Positions 1 to 9,766 of a DNA stretch of 64,000 nt are shown here, piece after piece. The DNA is from an uncultured Chloroflexia bacterium (lineage in GTDB: Bacteria; Chloroflexota; Limnocylindria; Limnocylindrales; CSP1-4): assembly GCA_963748625.1 (NCBI GenBank), contig CAVVJT010000008.1:78792-142791 (forward strand). The letters are read 5' to 3'. Under the pieces are notes generated by a model that ran no database searches, had not been told where the DNA came from, and was given only the letters and a program-made list of their open reading frames with translations. The translations under genes were made by a program, and so were the position numbers. Within the stretch, counting starts at the first letter, position 1. The number at the start of each line of letters is the position of its first letter.

Positions 1-1790
1 CTGATCACGGCCTCGGCGGAGGTCGTGTCGGTCAGGGTCACGTGGGCGTCGGGGTCCACGTGCTTCGCGATCCAGTCCAGGTCACGCATGGTCTGGGTGC
101 CGGTGGTGACGACCAGGAACCGGTCGACCGCGAGGCGCGTGACCGTCACGTCCGCCTCGACGCCACCCCACTCGTTGCAGAACTGGGTGTAGACGATGCG
201 CCCGGGCGCCACGTCCACGTCGGCGGTGCAGATCCGGTTGAGTTCCCGCGCGGCATCGCGCCCGGCGACCTGGATCTTGCCGAAGGAGGTCTGGTCGAAG
301 AGCGTGACGCCCTCGCGGACGGCGCGGTGCTCCTCGGCCGAGTAGGGGAACCAGTTCTGGCGGCCGTACGAGTATTCGTAGCGCGGCTCCACACCGTCGG
401 GGGCGTACCAGTTCGCGCGCTCCCAGCCGTAGACCTCCCCGAAGCACGCGCCCTTCGCGGCCAGCCGGTCGTGGAGCGGCGAGCGGCGGATGCCGCGGGC
501 CGTCTCGACCTGGCGGAACGGCCAGTGCATCTCGTAGAGCAGGCCCAGGGTCTCGGTCGTGCGCTCGTGGAGGTAGCGGCGGCTGCGCTGGAACGGCATG
601 AACCGCCGGATGTCCACCTCCCAGAGGTCCATCGGCGGCCGCGCGTCGACCACCCAGTCGGCCACGGCCTTGCCTGCACCCGGTCCCGACGCGAAGCCGA
701 CCGAGTTGAAGCCGGCGGCGACGAAGTACCCGGGGAGCTGGGGCGCCTCGCCCAGGATGTAGCGGTCGTCGGGGGTGAAGGACTCGGGGCCGTTGAAGAA
801 GAGCTGGATGCCCACCTGGCCGAAGGCAGGGATCGCCTTGGCCGCGGCGAGGATGTGGGGCTCGAGGTGGTCCCAGTCCTCGGGCAGGGTCATGAAGCCG
901 TCGTTGTCGGGGATCCCGTGCGTGGCCCAGGGCTTGGCACCTGGCTCGAAGAAGCCGACCATCAGCTTGCCGGCCTCGTTGCGCGCGTAGGTGCAGATGT
1001 CCGGCATGCGCAGGACCGGCAGGTCGGGCGCGAGGCCGGGCACTTCCTCGGTGACGAGGTAGAAGTGCTCGGCGGCATGGAGCGGGACCACGATGTCGTC
1101 CTGGGCGCCCAGCTCCCGGGCCCACATGCCGGTGCAGCTGACGACGTACTCGCACTCGATGATGCCGCGGTCCGTCTCGACGCCCGCGACCCTGCCGTCC
1201 TTGCGCAGGATGCGCGTCACCTTCGTGTTCTCGAAGACCTGCGCGCCACCCATGCGCGCGGCCTTGGCCATCGCGAGGGTGGTGTCCACCGGGTTGGCCA
1301 TGCCGTCGCCTGGGATGAAGGCGGCGCCGACCACCCCGTCGGTGTCCATCAGGGGCCACATCTCGCCGAGCCGCTCGGGCGTGATGAACTCCAGGTCCAC
1401 GCCCTGCAGCTTCGCCATCGACGCACCGCGGCGGATCTCGTCCCAGCGGCCCTCGGTATGGGCGACCAGCACTGACCCGTGCTGCACGAAGCCGGTCGAG
1501 TCGCCGGTGCGCCGCTCGAGGTCGCGGAAGAGGTCCTTCGCGTAGCTCGCGAGCGCGGTCATGTTGTACGTGGCGCGGAGCTGCCCGACGAGGCCGGCGG
1601 CATGCCAGGTCGTGCCGGAGGTGAGCTTCTTGCGCTCGAGGAGGACGACGTCCGTCCAGCCGCGCTCCGTCAGGTGGAACAGGACGCTCGTGCCGACGAT
1701 GCCGCCGCCGATGACGACGACGCGCGCCTGGGTCGGGAAGGCGGGGGCTCCGGTTGTCCCGGGGGCGGTGGCGGGCTGCCCGTCGTGCAT
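1..1790 (-). CDS. GcvT-family FAD-dependent oxidoreductase (dimethylglycine/sarcosine dehydrogenase-like), 3' end runs off the window
   Basis: Own translation from ATG at 1790 (RBS CAGGAGGA upstream) gives ...QARVVVIGGGIVGTSVLFHL...LLERKKLTSGTTWHAAGLVGQLR, with NGPESFTPD and GWERANW motifs further on. Absent from the ORF track because no stop lies in the window. Confidence 0.9.
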   Translation of the reverse strand, partial: MHDGQPATAPGTTGAPAFPTQARVVVIGGGIVGTSVLFHLTERGWTDVVLLERKKLTSGTTWHAAGLVGQLRATYNMTALASYAKDLFRDLERRTGDSTGFVQHGSVLVAHTEGRWDEIRRGASMAKLQGVDLEFITPERLGEMWPLMDTDGVVGAAFIPGDGMANPVDTTLAMAKAARMGGAQVFENTKVTRILRKDGRVAGVETDRGIIECEYVVSCTGMWARELGAQDDIVVPLHAAEHFYLVTEEVPGLAPDLPVLRMPDICTYARNEAGKLMVGFFEPGAKPWATHGIPDNDGFMTLPEDWDHLEPHILAAAKAIPAFGQVGIQLFFNGPESFTPDDRYILGEAPQLPGYFVAAGFNSVGFASGPGAGKAVADWVVDARPPMDLWEVDIRRFMPFQRSRRYLHERTTETLGLLYEMHWPFRQVETARGIRRSPLHDRLAAKGACFGEVYGWERANWYAPDGVEPRYEYSYGRQNWFPYSAEEHRAVREGVTLFDQTSFGKIQVAGRDAARELNRICTADVDVAPGRIVYTQFCNEWGGVEADVTVTRLAVDRFLVVTTGTQTMRDLDWIAKHVDPDAHVTLTDTTSAEAVI

Positions 1791-1844
1791 CGCGTTCGGC
1801 TCCTCCTGCGTACCCGGCTCCTGCGGCGAGGCCACCGGAGCGCG

Positions 1845-1872
1845 GATCATAACACCGCAATATTACAAATAG
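1845..1872 (-). promoter_or_regulatory. AT-rich promoter/operator of the GcvT-family gene
   Basis: Minus strand reads TTGTAATATTGCGGTGTTATGAT: extended -10 TGnTATGAT plus an AATATT-centred dyad in a GC-rich background. Confidence 0.45.
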
Positions 1873-1883
1873 AAGAGGGGATC

Positions 1884-2513
1884 TCAGGCGGCCTCGGCCG
1901 GCCTGAGCAGCGCCGTCGCGGTGTCCAGGAGCAGGGCCCGGATGCGGTCCGCGTCGATGTCCGGGGCGCCCAGCGAGATGCCCACCGAGGCCCCGTCGCC
2001 GATCATGATGAACAGGTTGACGATGTCCTCCGCCGCGAGCACCGGGTGGAAGACGCCCGCCTCGACCCCGGCCTCGATCGCATCGCGGAACGGCGGGCGC
2101 CAGGCGTCGTAGAAGCCGTCGAGCTTCGCGCGCAACACGTCGTCGCGGGCCATGGCGCAGAACTCGATCCAGATGCGACTCCGCCACAGCGCAGGCTCCG
2201 GCAGCGAGGCGCTCAGCAGCGCGACCATGCGCGACCACGGGTCGCCCTCGTCGGGGACGGCGTCGGTCCAGGTGCGCAGGCGGCGCTCGGCGGACCAGTC
2301 GAAGAGGTCCTCGATCAGGCGGTCACGGGTGTCGAAGTAGTGCTGCACCGTGCCGACGGAGACGCCGGCGGCCTCCGCGACGTCCCGCAGACGGCTTCGC
2401 TCGACACCGTGGCTGACCAGGAGGGACTCGGCGGCCGACAGGATGCGCTCGCGCTGGGCCGCCCGGAGCACCTCGTCCCGCGGCCGTCCTGCCAACGCGC
2501 GTTCCTCCCTCAT
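1884..2513 (-). CDS. TetR/BetI-family transcriptional regulator
   Basis: RERILSAAESLLVSHGVERSRLRDVAEAAGVSVGTVQHYF HTH and a BetI-like C-terminus (WIEFCAMA). Start chosen at MREER. Confidence 0.9.
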   Translation of the reverse strand: MREERALAGRPRDEVLRAAQRERILSAAESLLVSHGVERSRLRDVAEAAGVSVGTVQHYFDTRDRLIEDLFDWSAERRLRTWTDAVPDEGDPWSRMVALLSASLPEPALWRSRIWIEFCAMARDDVLRAKLDGFYDAWRPPFRDAIEAGVEAGVFHPVLAAEDIVNLFIMIGDGASVGISLGAPDIDADRIRALLLDTATALLRPAEAA

Positions 2514-2720
2514 GTGGCTGTTGCCGCGGGCTGGCGTGTGTCCACGAGCATTCACCATACGGGAGTATGACGTATCGCGACAGAGGAGGCGACCGCTGCC
2601 TGATACGCCGACGACCGCCCCAGGGATGGGCGGTCGTCGGCAAGGGGAGGAGAGTTGAGACGGGGATGGCGGCCCGGCGCCCTCAGCGGCCGGGCCGCCA
2701 TCGATGCCTGGAGGTGGCGG

Positions 2721-4118
2721 TCAGTTGAGCGGGTCGCCGTCGCCGGCGCTGAAGATGCCGAGCGCCCCGTGACCGACGAGGTTGAACGCGTGGGACACGA
2801 ACGGGTACATGCCGTCCTCGGCCGCGGTGAACTCGATGATCGCGCCCTGGGCAGGGGAGAGATCCACCGCCTGGGCGCCCCAGCCGCCCGCGTTGCCGCG
2901 CCGCAGCTCGATGCCCTCCTTGACGACGTTGTCGAAGATCGTGCCGACGACGTGGTAGGAGCTGTCCATGGACGGCCCGGCGTCGAGCACGAAGACGCGC
3001 ACGTTCTTGGCGGGCTCGATCTGGATCGGGTTGTCGGCGTACTGGTTGGCGACGCCGTTGAAGACCACGAAGTCGGGCGCGGCAGCCGTCTGGTTGGCCT
3101 TGGCGTAGTCGGCCGGCTGGCCCTGGGCGCCGAGGTACCACTCACTCTGGACGAAGGCGAACTCCTGGTCGACAGGGGGCAAGCCACCCTCCGGCTCGAC
3201 AATGACCATGCCGAACATGCCGTTGGCGATGTGGTGCAGGGCGGGCGCCGTCCCGCAGTGGTACATCCAGACGCCCGCGTAGTCGGCGGTGAAGGTGTAG
3301 GTGAACGTCGCGCCGGGCTTGATCTCCACCATCTGGTGGTTCATCGCGGTCTGGCTGGCGTGGAAGTCGATCGAGTGGCTCATCTGGCCGTCGTTGCGGA
3401 GGTGGACGTTGACGGTATCGCCGAGCTTCACCCGGATCGCCGGGCCGGGCACGGTGCCGCCAAAGGTCCACGCGTGGACCACGAACCCGTCGGCGACGGT
3501 GATGTCCTTCTCGATGATCGGGAAGTCGACGTCGTGGACGGTGCCCGCGAGCAGCTTGGGCGCCTTGGGGTCGTAGACGGTGTACTTGGGGGCGTTCGGG
3601 TCGGCGACGGGGCTGGTCGCGGCGGCCGGCGCGGTGCTGGCCGCCGGCTCCTCCATGCCCGGCATGGCGGCACCCGCGACGGTGATTGCGCCGGTCATGC
3701 CCGCCTGCTCGTGGCCGGGAATCGAGCAGATGTACGTCAGACCGCCGTCGGGGACGGTGACCTGGCTGGTGGCGGTCTGGCCGGCCTCGGCGACGAGCTG
3801 GGTTCCGTCGGCGAAGGTGATGTCGTGGGTCGTGGTCCCCGTGTTGGCGAGGGTGACCTCGTACGTGCCTGCGGCCGGGACGGTGATGGCGGCGGGCGTG
3901 AAGCCGAGGTCGAACGACTCGAACGCGATGCTGCCGGTTGTGGCGGTCGTGGCCTCGCCGGCGGTGTTGCCGGGCTGGTCGACGGGCGCCTGGACCGTCG
4001 GGGGATTCGGCGTGGACGGGGGCCCGAAGCTCCAGGCGGGGGCGGCGGCGTTGCCGCAAGCGGCGGTCACGAGCGCGAGCAGCACGGCGGCTGCAAGGGG
4101 ACGACGGCTGTGAACCAT
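2721..4118 (-). CDS. nirK: Copper-containing nitrite reductase with N-terminal cupredoxin domain, predicted lipoprotein
   Basis: HSIDFH (catalytic Asp), YHCGTAPALHHIANGMFG (T1/T2 Cu ligands), SSYHVVGTIFD and YPFVSH. Extra T1 site HDITF...YICSIPGHEQAGM. Lipobox VTAAC. Confidence 0.8.
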   Translation of the reverse strand: MVHSRRPLAAAVLLALVTAACGNAAAPAWSFGPPSTPNPPTVQAPVDQPGNTAGEATTATTGSIAFESFDLGFTPAAITVPAAGTYEVTLANTGTTTHDITFADGTQLVAEAGQTATSQVTVPDGGLTYICSIPGHEQAGMTGAITVAGAAMPGMEEPAASTAPAAATSPVADPNAPKYTVYDPKAPKLLAGTVHDVDFPIIEKDITVADGFVVHAWTFGGTVPGPAIRVKLGDTVNVHLRNDGQMSHSIDFHASQTAMNHQMVEIKPGATFTYTFTADYAGVWMYHCGTAPALHHIANGMFGMVIVEPEGGLPPVDQEFAFVQSEWYLGAQGQPADYAKANQTAAAPDFVVFNGVANQYADNPIQIEPAKNVRVFVLDAGPSMDSSYHVVGTIFDNVVKEGIELRRGNAGGWGAQAVDLSPAQGAIIEFTAAEDGMYPFVSHAFNLVGHGALGIFSAGDGDPLN

Positions 4119-4212
4119 GATGTGATCCTTTCGAGCTTCCCGGCCGGCTGTCCGGGCGGTCCGTGCCTTCACCGCTGGCGTCCTTGCGCCGGGCGGCTCC
4201 CTGAGGCACCGT

Positions 4213-4237
4213 AACTATCACTAATTTAGTATACGTT
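4213..4237. promoter_or_regulatory. Imperfect 12-1-12 palindrome between divergent nirK and membrane-protein genes (candidate Rrf2 operator)
   Basis: AACTATCACTAA-T-TTAGTATACGTT, an AT-rich island with 8/12 arm symmetry. Confidence 0.5.
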
Positions 4238-4238
4238 T

Positions 4239-5705
4239 GTGATGATGACAAGTGACCCGAACCAGGCAGGCCGTCCGGCCCCTCGTGGGGCAGGTGGTCC
4301 GGAGCCTCCCGCCAGCCCGCAGCCCGTTTCGCAACGGGAGGCGCCCGTGCAGCGACGGGAGCCGCCCGCGCGCGCGCCGCTGGCCGTTCCGCTCCGGACC
4401 GTGCCCCTGCCTTCCGGTCCCCAGGGGCCGTATCGCCCCGGCCCGCGCCGCGCCGACGACCGGCGGATCGCGACGGCATCGATCGTCCTCGCGGCCACCT
4501 TCCTCGTCTTGGCGGTCGCCTCGATCGTTGCGGCGGCGCTCGGGGCTGCGGTCCTCTCGCCGTGGCTGCCGCTGCATCTCGCGCTGGCCGGCGGCGCGTC
4601 CACCGCGATCGCCGGGGTCATGCCGTTCTTCGTCAGCGCCCTGGCGGCGGGCTATCCGGCGGATCGCCGGCTTCGGGCCGGCGCGGTGGCGCTGGTGGCT
4701 GTCGGGGCGGGGCTGGTCGCGCTGCGCGGGGTGGTGCTTCCCGCGGCGGGCGGGGAGCTGGTAGCCCTGCTCCCGGCGCTCGGCGGGTCGCTGTACCTGC
4801 TGGGGATCGGCGCGACGGCGCTGGCGGTGCGGGACGGTGGGCGCGCCGGCCTGATGATGCGGCGACCGGTGGTCACGTTCGGGTACACGATGGCGCTGCT
4901 GAACGTGGCCGTGGGTGCGCTCCTCGCGACGCTCATGGTGGCGGGGTGGGGGCCGGTCCTGGAGCGATGGGTGGTCCTGCGGCCCGCGCACGCCTGGACC
5001 AACCTCATCGGGTTCGTGTCGCTGGTGATCGTGGCGACGCTGCTGCACTTCCTGCCGACGGTGCTCGGGACGCGGATCCTGCCGCGCCGCTCGGCGGTGG
5101 TGGCCGTGTATGCCGTGGGGCTCGCCGCGCCGGTGGTGGTCGGGGGCCTGCTGCTTGGGGTGGGGGCAGTGGCGGCCGCAGGCGGGCTGCTCGGTGTGGT
5201 CGGCGCGATCGCGATGGGCGTGGAGGCGACCTCTGTCGTCCGCGACCGCGGCGCCTGGACGAGCGACGCCGGGTGGCACCGCTTCGCATCGGCCGGCCTG
5301 GTGAACGGCGTCGGCTGGTTCGTGGTGGGGACGGCGGTCGCCGCGTGGCTCCTCATCACCGACGGCGCGACGGCCGGCGCCTGGTCGACGGCCCTGGTGG
5401 GGGCGCCCCTGGTGCTGGGCTGGGTGGCCCAGGTGCTGATGGCTTCGTGGACGCATCTGCTGCCATCGATCGGCCCGGGCGGCCCCGCCGACCACGCAGT
5501 CCAGCGGCGGACATTGGGGCGTGCGTCACGGACGCGGCTGGTGGCGCTCAACGCGGGGGTCGCGCTCGTGGCGGTGGGCTGGCCGCTGGGCGCACCGCCG
5601 CTCGCAGGGGCCGGTCTGGCCCTGTTCGCGGCTGGCCTGCTCGGGACGGTCGTCCTCACGGTGCTCGCCCTGCGCGTGCCGAAGCCTGGCAACGAGCGTC
5701 CCTGA
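4239..5705 (+). CDS. Polytopic His-containing membrane protein (NnrS-like / NirK-associated membrane domain)
   Basis: About 12 hydrophobic segments with WLPLHLALAGG, PAHAWTNLIGFVSLVIVATLLHFLPTVLGTR and WTHLLP. Divergent from nirK. Confidence 0.7.
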   Translation: MMMTSDPNQAGRPAPRGAGGPEPPASPQPVSQREAPVQRREPPARAPLAVPLRTVPLPSGPQGPYRPGPRRADDRRIATASIVLAATFLVLAVASIVAAALGAAVLSPWLPLHLALAGGASTAIAGVMPFFVSALAAGYPADRRLRAGAVALVAVGAGLVALRGVVLPAAGGELVALLPALGGSLYLLGIGATALAVRDGGRAGLMMRRPVVTFGYTMALLNVAVGALLATLMVAGWGPVLERWVVLRPAHAWTNLIGFVSLVIVATLLHFLPTVLGTRILPRRSAVVAVYAVGLAAPVVVGGLLLGVGAVAAAGGLLGVVGAIAMGVEATSVVRDRGAWTSDAGWHRFASAGLVNGVGWFVVGTAVAAWLLITDGATAGAWSTALVGAPLVLGWVAQVLMASWTHLLPSIGPGGPADHAVQRRTLGRASRTRLVALNAGVALVAVGWPLGAPPLAGAGLALFAAGLLGTVVLTVLALRVPKPGNERP

Positions 5706-5788
5706 ACTGGCCCCAGGCCGGCCAAGGGGCCCGCCCCGCCCCACTTCGCCTCCTGTCACACGGCGCCGCGACGATCCCCCATCCGCGT

Positions 5789-5946
5789 TGACACTCCGGG
5801 CATCAGCAGTGATGCCGCCCCGATGCCGACACACGCTCCCTCACCGAGACGGTGATGACACTCCGGGCATCGGCGAGTGGGTGGAGCGTTGCCGCCGGGG
5901 CCTCCACCGGCCGGCGGCCTCTCCGCCGCCATGCCCGGAGTGTCAT
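5789..5946. repeat. REP/REPIN-like element (TGACACTCCGGGCAT x2 direct, x1 inverted)
   Basis: Copies at 5789-5803 and 5855-5870, and an inverted copy ATGCCCGGAGTGTCAT at 5931-5946. Confidence 0.7.
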
Positions 5947-5992
5947 ATCGAATGTGGGAGTCTGTTCCTGTGGAGTTCGAGGCAGGGCGCCA

Positions 5993-6048
5993 GCTGCCGG
6001 TGGTCAGGCCCGCGGCTGCCGGTGGTCAGGCCCGCGGCTGCCGGTGGT
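5993..6048. repeat. 22-bp tandem repeat (2.5 copies) at the Rrf2 3' end
   Basis: GCTGCCGGTGGTCAGGCCCGCG repeated. Confidence 0.9.
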
Positions 6049-6456
6049 GGCGCGCGGGGCCGCCAGGTCCGCCAGCGATGACGATGCGAGGTGCGCCAGC
6101 AGCGCCTCCTGGCCGAAGAAGAACACGTCGTGCACGTCGCAGAACCCGTCGAGCCCGCACGGTGCACCACGCAGGACGCACGCCTGCCGGCGCGAGTCCC
6201 CCTCGACCGCCTCGATCACCTCGAGGAGCGAGATCGACGATGACTCCCGCGCGAGCCGGTACCCGCCTGATCGCCCGGGTAGCGCCTCAACGAGCCCCGC
6301 CCGCTGGAGATCGGTCAGCACCTGGGGCAGGAACCGCACCGGGATCCCCATTGCGTCCGAGATGCGGCGCGCCGAAAGCAGGCCGGGGCCGCCACGCGCG
6401 AGCGCAAGCATGGCCCTCACCGCGTAGTCGCCGCGCTTGGTGAGCTCGAGTCGCAT
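6004..6456 (-). CDS. Rrf2-family Fe-S transcriptional regulator (NsrR/IscR-like)
   Basis: MRLELTKRGDYAVRAMLAL, GRSGGYRLAR, ISLLEVIEAVEG, and three Cys in ACVLRGAPCGLDGFCDVH. Confidence 0.9.
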   Translation of the reverse strand: MRLELTKRGDYAVRAMLALARGGPGLLSARRISDAMGIPVRFLPQVLTDLQRAGLVEALPGRSGGYRLARESSSISLLEVIEAVEGDSRRQACVLRGAPCGLDGFCDVHDVFFFGQEALLAHLASSSLADLAAPRATTGSRGPDHRQPRA

Positions 6457-6596
6457 TCGCGCAGTATGCCGGTGCTCGTTGGCGCCCGTCGCCACGACGG
6501 GCGGCCGCCTGGTCGGGACACCTGCCGGGGATACCTGCTGGGGACGCCCCGGGGCCGCCCCGGGGCCGCCACGGCCACACCCGGTAGACTCCACGG

Positions 6597-7704
6597 ATGC
6601 CCCGCTTCAACTACGGCGGTCAGGCGCTCATCGAGGGCGTCATGATGCGCGGTCGCGACGCCATCGCGGTCGCCCTGCGCCATCCCGACGGCCACATCGT
6701 CTTCGAGCACGAGCGTCTCGACGCGGGCGCCGTCCACGGCCACAGGGCAGCCCGCTGGCCGTTCGTTCGTGGCCTGGTGATCCTCTACGAGCAGTTGGTC
6801 ATCGGCACCCGGTGGCTGATCCGCAGCGCCGGCATCCAGGCCGAGGACGAAGGCGTCGAGATCGGCAAGGGCAGCGTCGCCCTCATGCTCGGCATCACCG
6901 CTGTCCTGGGCATCGGGCTCTTCTTCATCCTGCCCCTGCTCGTGGCCACCCTCACCGCGGGCTCCATCGAGAACGACTTCTGGCAGCACTTCGTCGAAGG
7001 CCTGACCCGGATCGTGATCTTCATCGGCTACCTGTGGGTCATCGGGCGCACGCCGGACATCCAGCGCGTGTTCATGTACCACGGTGCCGAGCACATGGCG
7101 ATCCACACGCTCGAGGCCGGCGAGCCGCTCCGCCCGGAGTACGTCCGCACCCACCCCACGGCCCACCAGCGCTGTGGCACCGAGTTCCTGGTGGTCGTGA
7201 TCCTGCTCTCGATCCTTGCCTTCAGCCTGGTCGGCCGGCAGTCCCCGTTGTTCATGATCGCCAGCCGGATCCTGCTGATCCCGGTCATCGCCAGCATCGG
7301 CTACGAGCTCCTCCGCCTGGGCGCCCGCCACCGGTCGAACCCCCTCGTGAAGGTGGTCATGTGGCCGGGGATCCTGGTCCAGAAGATCACCACGAAGCAG
7401 CCCACCGACGACATGATCGAAGTCGCGATCGTCTCGCTGGAGGAGGCGATCAAGGCCGACGGTGACCCCGTCCCCGAGGGCGGCATGGACTACGCGCGCA
7501 GTGCGATGCCCAAGCCGGGCGAGCTCGCGGCCGCCCGCCAGGCGGGAGATGCCGAGGCCGACACCTCCGCCGAGGCCGACACCTCCGCCGAGGCCGACGG
7601 CTGCACCACCAGCCGCCGACACCACCGCCGCCGCGGCCGACGCTGCACCACCAGCCGCCGACACCACCGCTGCCCCCACCGCGCAAGCCGCCATCGATGG
7701 CTGA
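6597..7704 (+). CDS. DUF1385 (YqhQ-like) membrane protein; apparent +1 frameshift near 7600 in a repeat tail
   Basis: [28 protein letters not shown] and [17 protein letters not shown]. The alternative frame ends at 7704, overlapping the prfA start. Confidence 0.85.
7551..7670. repeat. 18-bp and 42-bp tandem repeats in the DUF1385 tail
   Basis: GCCGAGGCCGACACCTCC x2.5, then CTGCACCACCAGCCGCCGACACCACCGC x2. Confidence 0.85.
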
Positions 7705-8803
7705 CGCCAACCTCGACCCCAAGCTCGAGGCCCTGGCCCGCCAGTACGAGGAGGTCTCCGCGCTCCTCGCCACGCCCGAGGTCCACGCCGACCTGGACAG
7801 GCTTCGCACCCTCGGCCGTGAGCTCGCGCGCCTGGAGCCCGTGGTTGCGGCCTGGAAGGAGCTGGGCGAGATCCGCAGTCAGCTCGACGGCGCCCGCCAC
7901 ATGCGCGATTCCGAGCACGACGACGAGCTCAAGGCCATGGCCCGCGACGAGATCGCGGAGCTGGAGGGCCGCGAGGAGCAGCTCCTCGCCGACCTCAAGG
8001 TCGCCCTCATCCCGCGCGATCCCAACGACGACCGCAACGTGATCGTGGAGATCCGGGCCGGCGCCGGCGGCGAGGAGGCGGCCCTGTTCGCGGCCGAGCT
8101 CCTGCGCATGTACTCCCGCTACGCGCAGGAGCACAAGTTCCAGACCGACATCATGAGCCTCAACGAGACCGGCATCGGCGGCATCAAGGAGGCCATCCTC
8201 GAGGTCATCGGGGACGGCGCCTACAGCCGCCTCAAGTTCGAGGGCGGCGTCCACCGCGTCCAGCGCGTCCCGTCCACGGAGTCCAGCGGCCGCATCCACA
8301 CCTCGACGGCCACGGTGATCGTGATGCCCGAGGCGGACGAGGTCGAGGTCTCCATCGACGAGGAGCGCGACCTCCGCATCGACGTCAAGCGCAGCTCCGG
8401 CCCGGGCGGCCAGTCGGTCAACACCACCGACTCCGCCGTGCGGATCACCCACCTGCCGACGGGGCTGGTGGTCGAGATCCAGGACGAGAAGAGCCAGCAC
8501 AAGAACAAGGCCAAGGCCATGTCCGTGCTGCGCTCGCGCCTGTACGACCTGGAGCTGTCCAAGGCCCGCGAGCGCGACAGCGCCGCCCGCAAACTGATGG
8601 TCCAGGCCGGCGACCGCTCCGAGAAGATCCGGACCTACAACTTCCCGGACAACCGGGTCACGGACCACCGGATCGGGGCGACCATCCACAACGTCCCCGG
8701 CGTCCTCGAGGGCCAGCTGGACCCGCTCATCGACGCGCTCGTCATGGCCGACCAGGCCGACCGCCTCGCCGCCCTGACGGAGACGGATCCCGCCGCCTCC
8801 TGA
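7697..8803 (+). CDS. prfA: Peptide chain release factor 1
   Basis: [25 protein letters not shown] (PxT), [15 protein letters not shown] and [10 protein letters not shown]. Confidence 0.97.
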   Translation: MADANLDPKLEALARQYEEVSALLATPEVHADLDRLRTLGRELARLEPVVAAWKELGEIRSQLDGARHMRDSEHDDELKAMARDEIAELEGREEQLLADLKVALIPRDPNDDRNVIVEIRAGAGGEEAALFAAELLRMYSRYAQEHKFQTDIMSLNETGIGGIKEAILEVIGDGAYSRLKFEGGVHRVQRVPSTESSGRIHTSTATVIVMPEADEVEVSIDEERDLRIDVKRSSGPGGQSVNTTDSAVRITHLPTGLVVEIQDEKSQHKNKAKAMSVLRSRLYDLELSKARERDSAARKLMVQAGDRSEKIRTYNFPDNRVTDHRIGATIHNVPGVLEGQLDPLIDALVMADQADRLAALTETDPAAS

Positions 8804-8818
8804 CCCCGAGGACCGCTG

Positions 8819-9766
8819 ATGCCCGTGACCGTCGCCGCGCTCGTCGCCGACGCCACCTCACGCCTCGCGGCATCCGGCTCCTCCTCGCCCCGCCTGGACG
8901 CGGAGCTGCTGCTCGGGTTCGCGCTGGGTGTGGACCGCGTGGGGGTGATCGCCCATCCCGAGGCGCCGGTACCCCTGGGCGTCGCTGATGCCTTCGAGGC
9001 ATACGTCGCGCGCCGGGAGCGCGGCGAGCCCGTCGCCTACATCCGCGGGTTCCGCGAGTTCCATGGCCTCGCGATCAGCACGGATGCCCGTGCCCTCATC
9101 CCGCGCCCCGAGACCGAGGAGCTCGTGGACGAGGCCGTCGCCGACATCGCGCGCCGCCTGACCGTCGCCCCGCGGCCGGCCGGGACCCCGCCGCTGCGGG
9201 TGGCCGACGTGGGCACCGGGTCGGGGGCGATCGCTGTCGCGCTGGTCGTCGCCCTGCGGCGGCGCCGCATGGACGCGTATGTCGAGGTGACGGCCATGGA
9301 CATCTCGCCCGACGCGCTGGATCTCGCGAAGGAGAACGCCGTCGGGCACGGGGTTGCAGACCGGATGGCCTTCCGCGCGGGCGACCTGCTGGCTGGCGAC
9401 CTGCCCGAAGGCGTCGACCTGCCCGAAGGCGTCGACCCCCGGTTCGACGTCGTCTGTGCGAACCTGCCCTACGTGGCGGCCGGGGTGATCGACGGACTCG
9501 CGCCGGAGCTGGGATTCGAGCCGCGCGGCGCCCTCGACGGGGGGCCGGACGGCCTCGACGTCATCCGCCGCCTGCTCGACCAATTGCCGCGCGGGCTGGC
9601 GGCCGATGGTGTGGCATTCCTCGAGATCGGGTCGGACCAGGGCGAGGCCATCGGCGCGGAGGTGGCGGCCCGCCTGCCGGGCTGGCGGTGCGAGGTCCTC
9701 GCCGACCTCGCGGGGCACCCGCGCGTGGCCCGGATCGAGCGCCACGCGCCGGTGTCGCCCGCATGA
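8819..9766 (+). CDS. prmC: Release factor glutamine methyltransferase
   Basis: RRERGEPVAYIRG, ALIPRPETE, DVGTGSGAIA, ANLPY and ALDGGPDGL. Follows prfA. Confidence 0.95.
   Translation: MPVTVAALVADATSRLAASGSSSPRLDAELLLGFALGVDRVGVIAHPEAPVPLGVADAFEAYVARRERGEPVAYIRGFREFHGLAISTDARALIPRPETEELVDEAVADIARRLTVAPRPAGTPPLRVADVGTGSGAIAVALVVALRRRRMDAYVEVTAMDISPDALDLAKENAVGHGVADRMAFRAGDLLAGDLPEGVDLPEGVDPRFDVVCANLPYVAAGVIDGLAPELGFEPRGALDGGPDGLDVIRRLLDQLPRGLAADGVAFLEIGSDQGEAIGAEVAARLPGWRCEVLADLAGHPRVARIERHAPVSPA

Noticed and set aside
6597-8042. DUF1385 ORF overlapping prfA by 345 bp
   Set aside because: An extra G near 7600, relative to the second repeat copy, explains it. The corrected frame stops at 7704.
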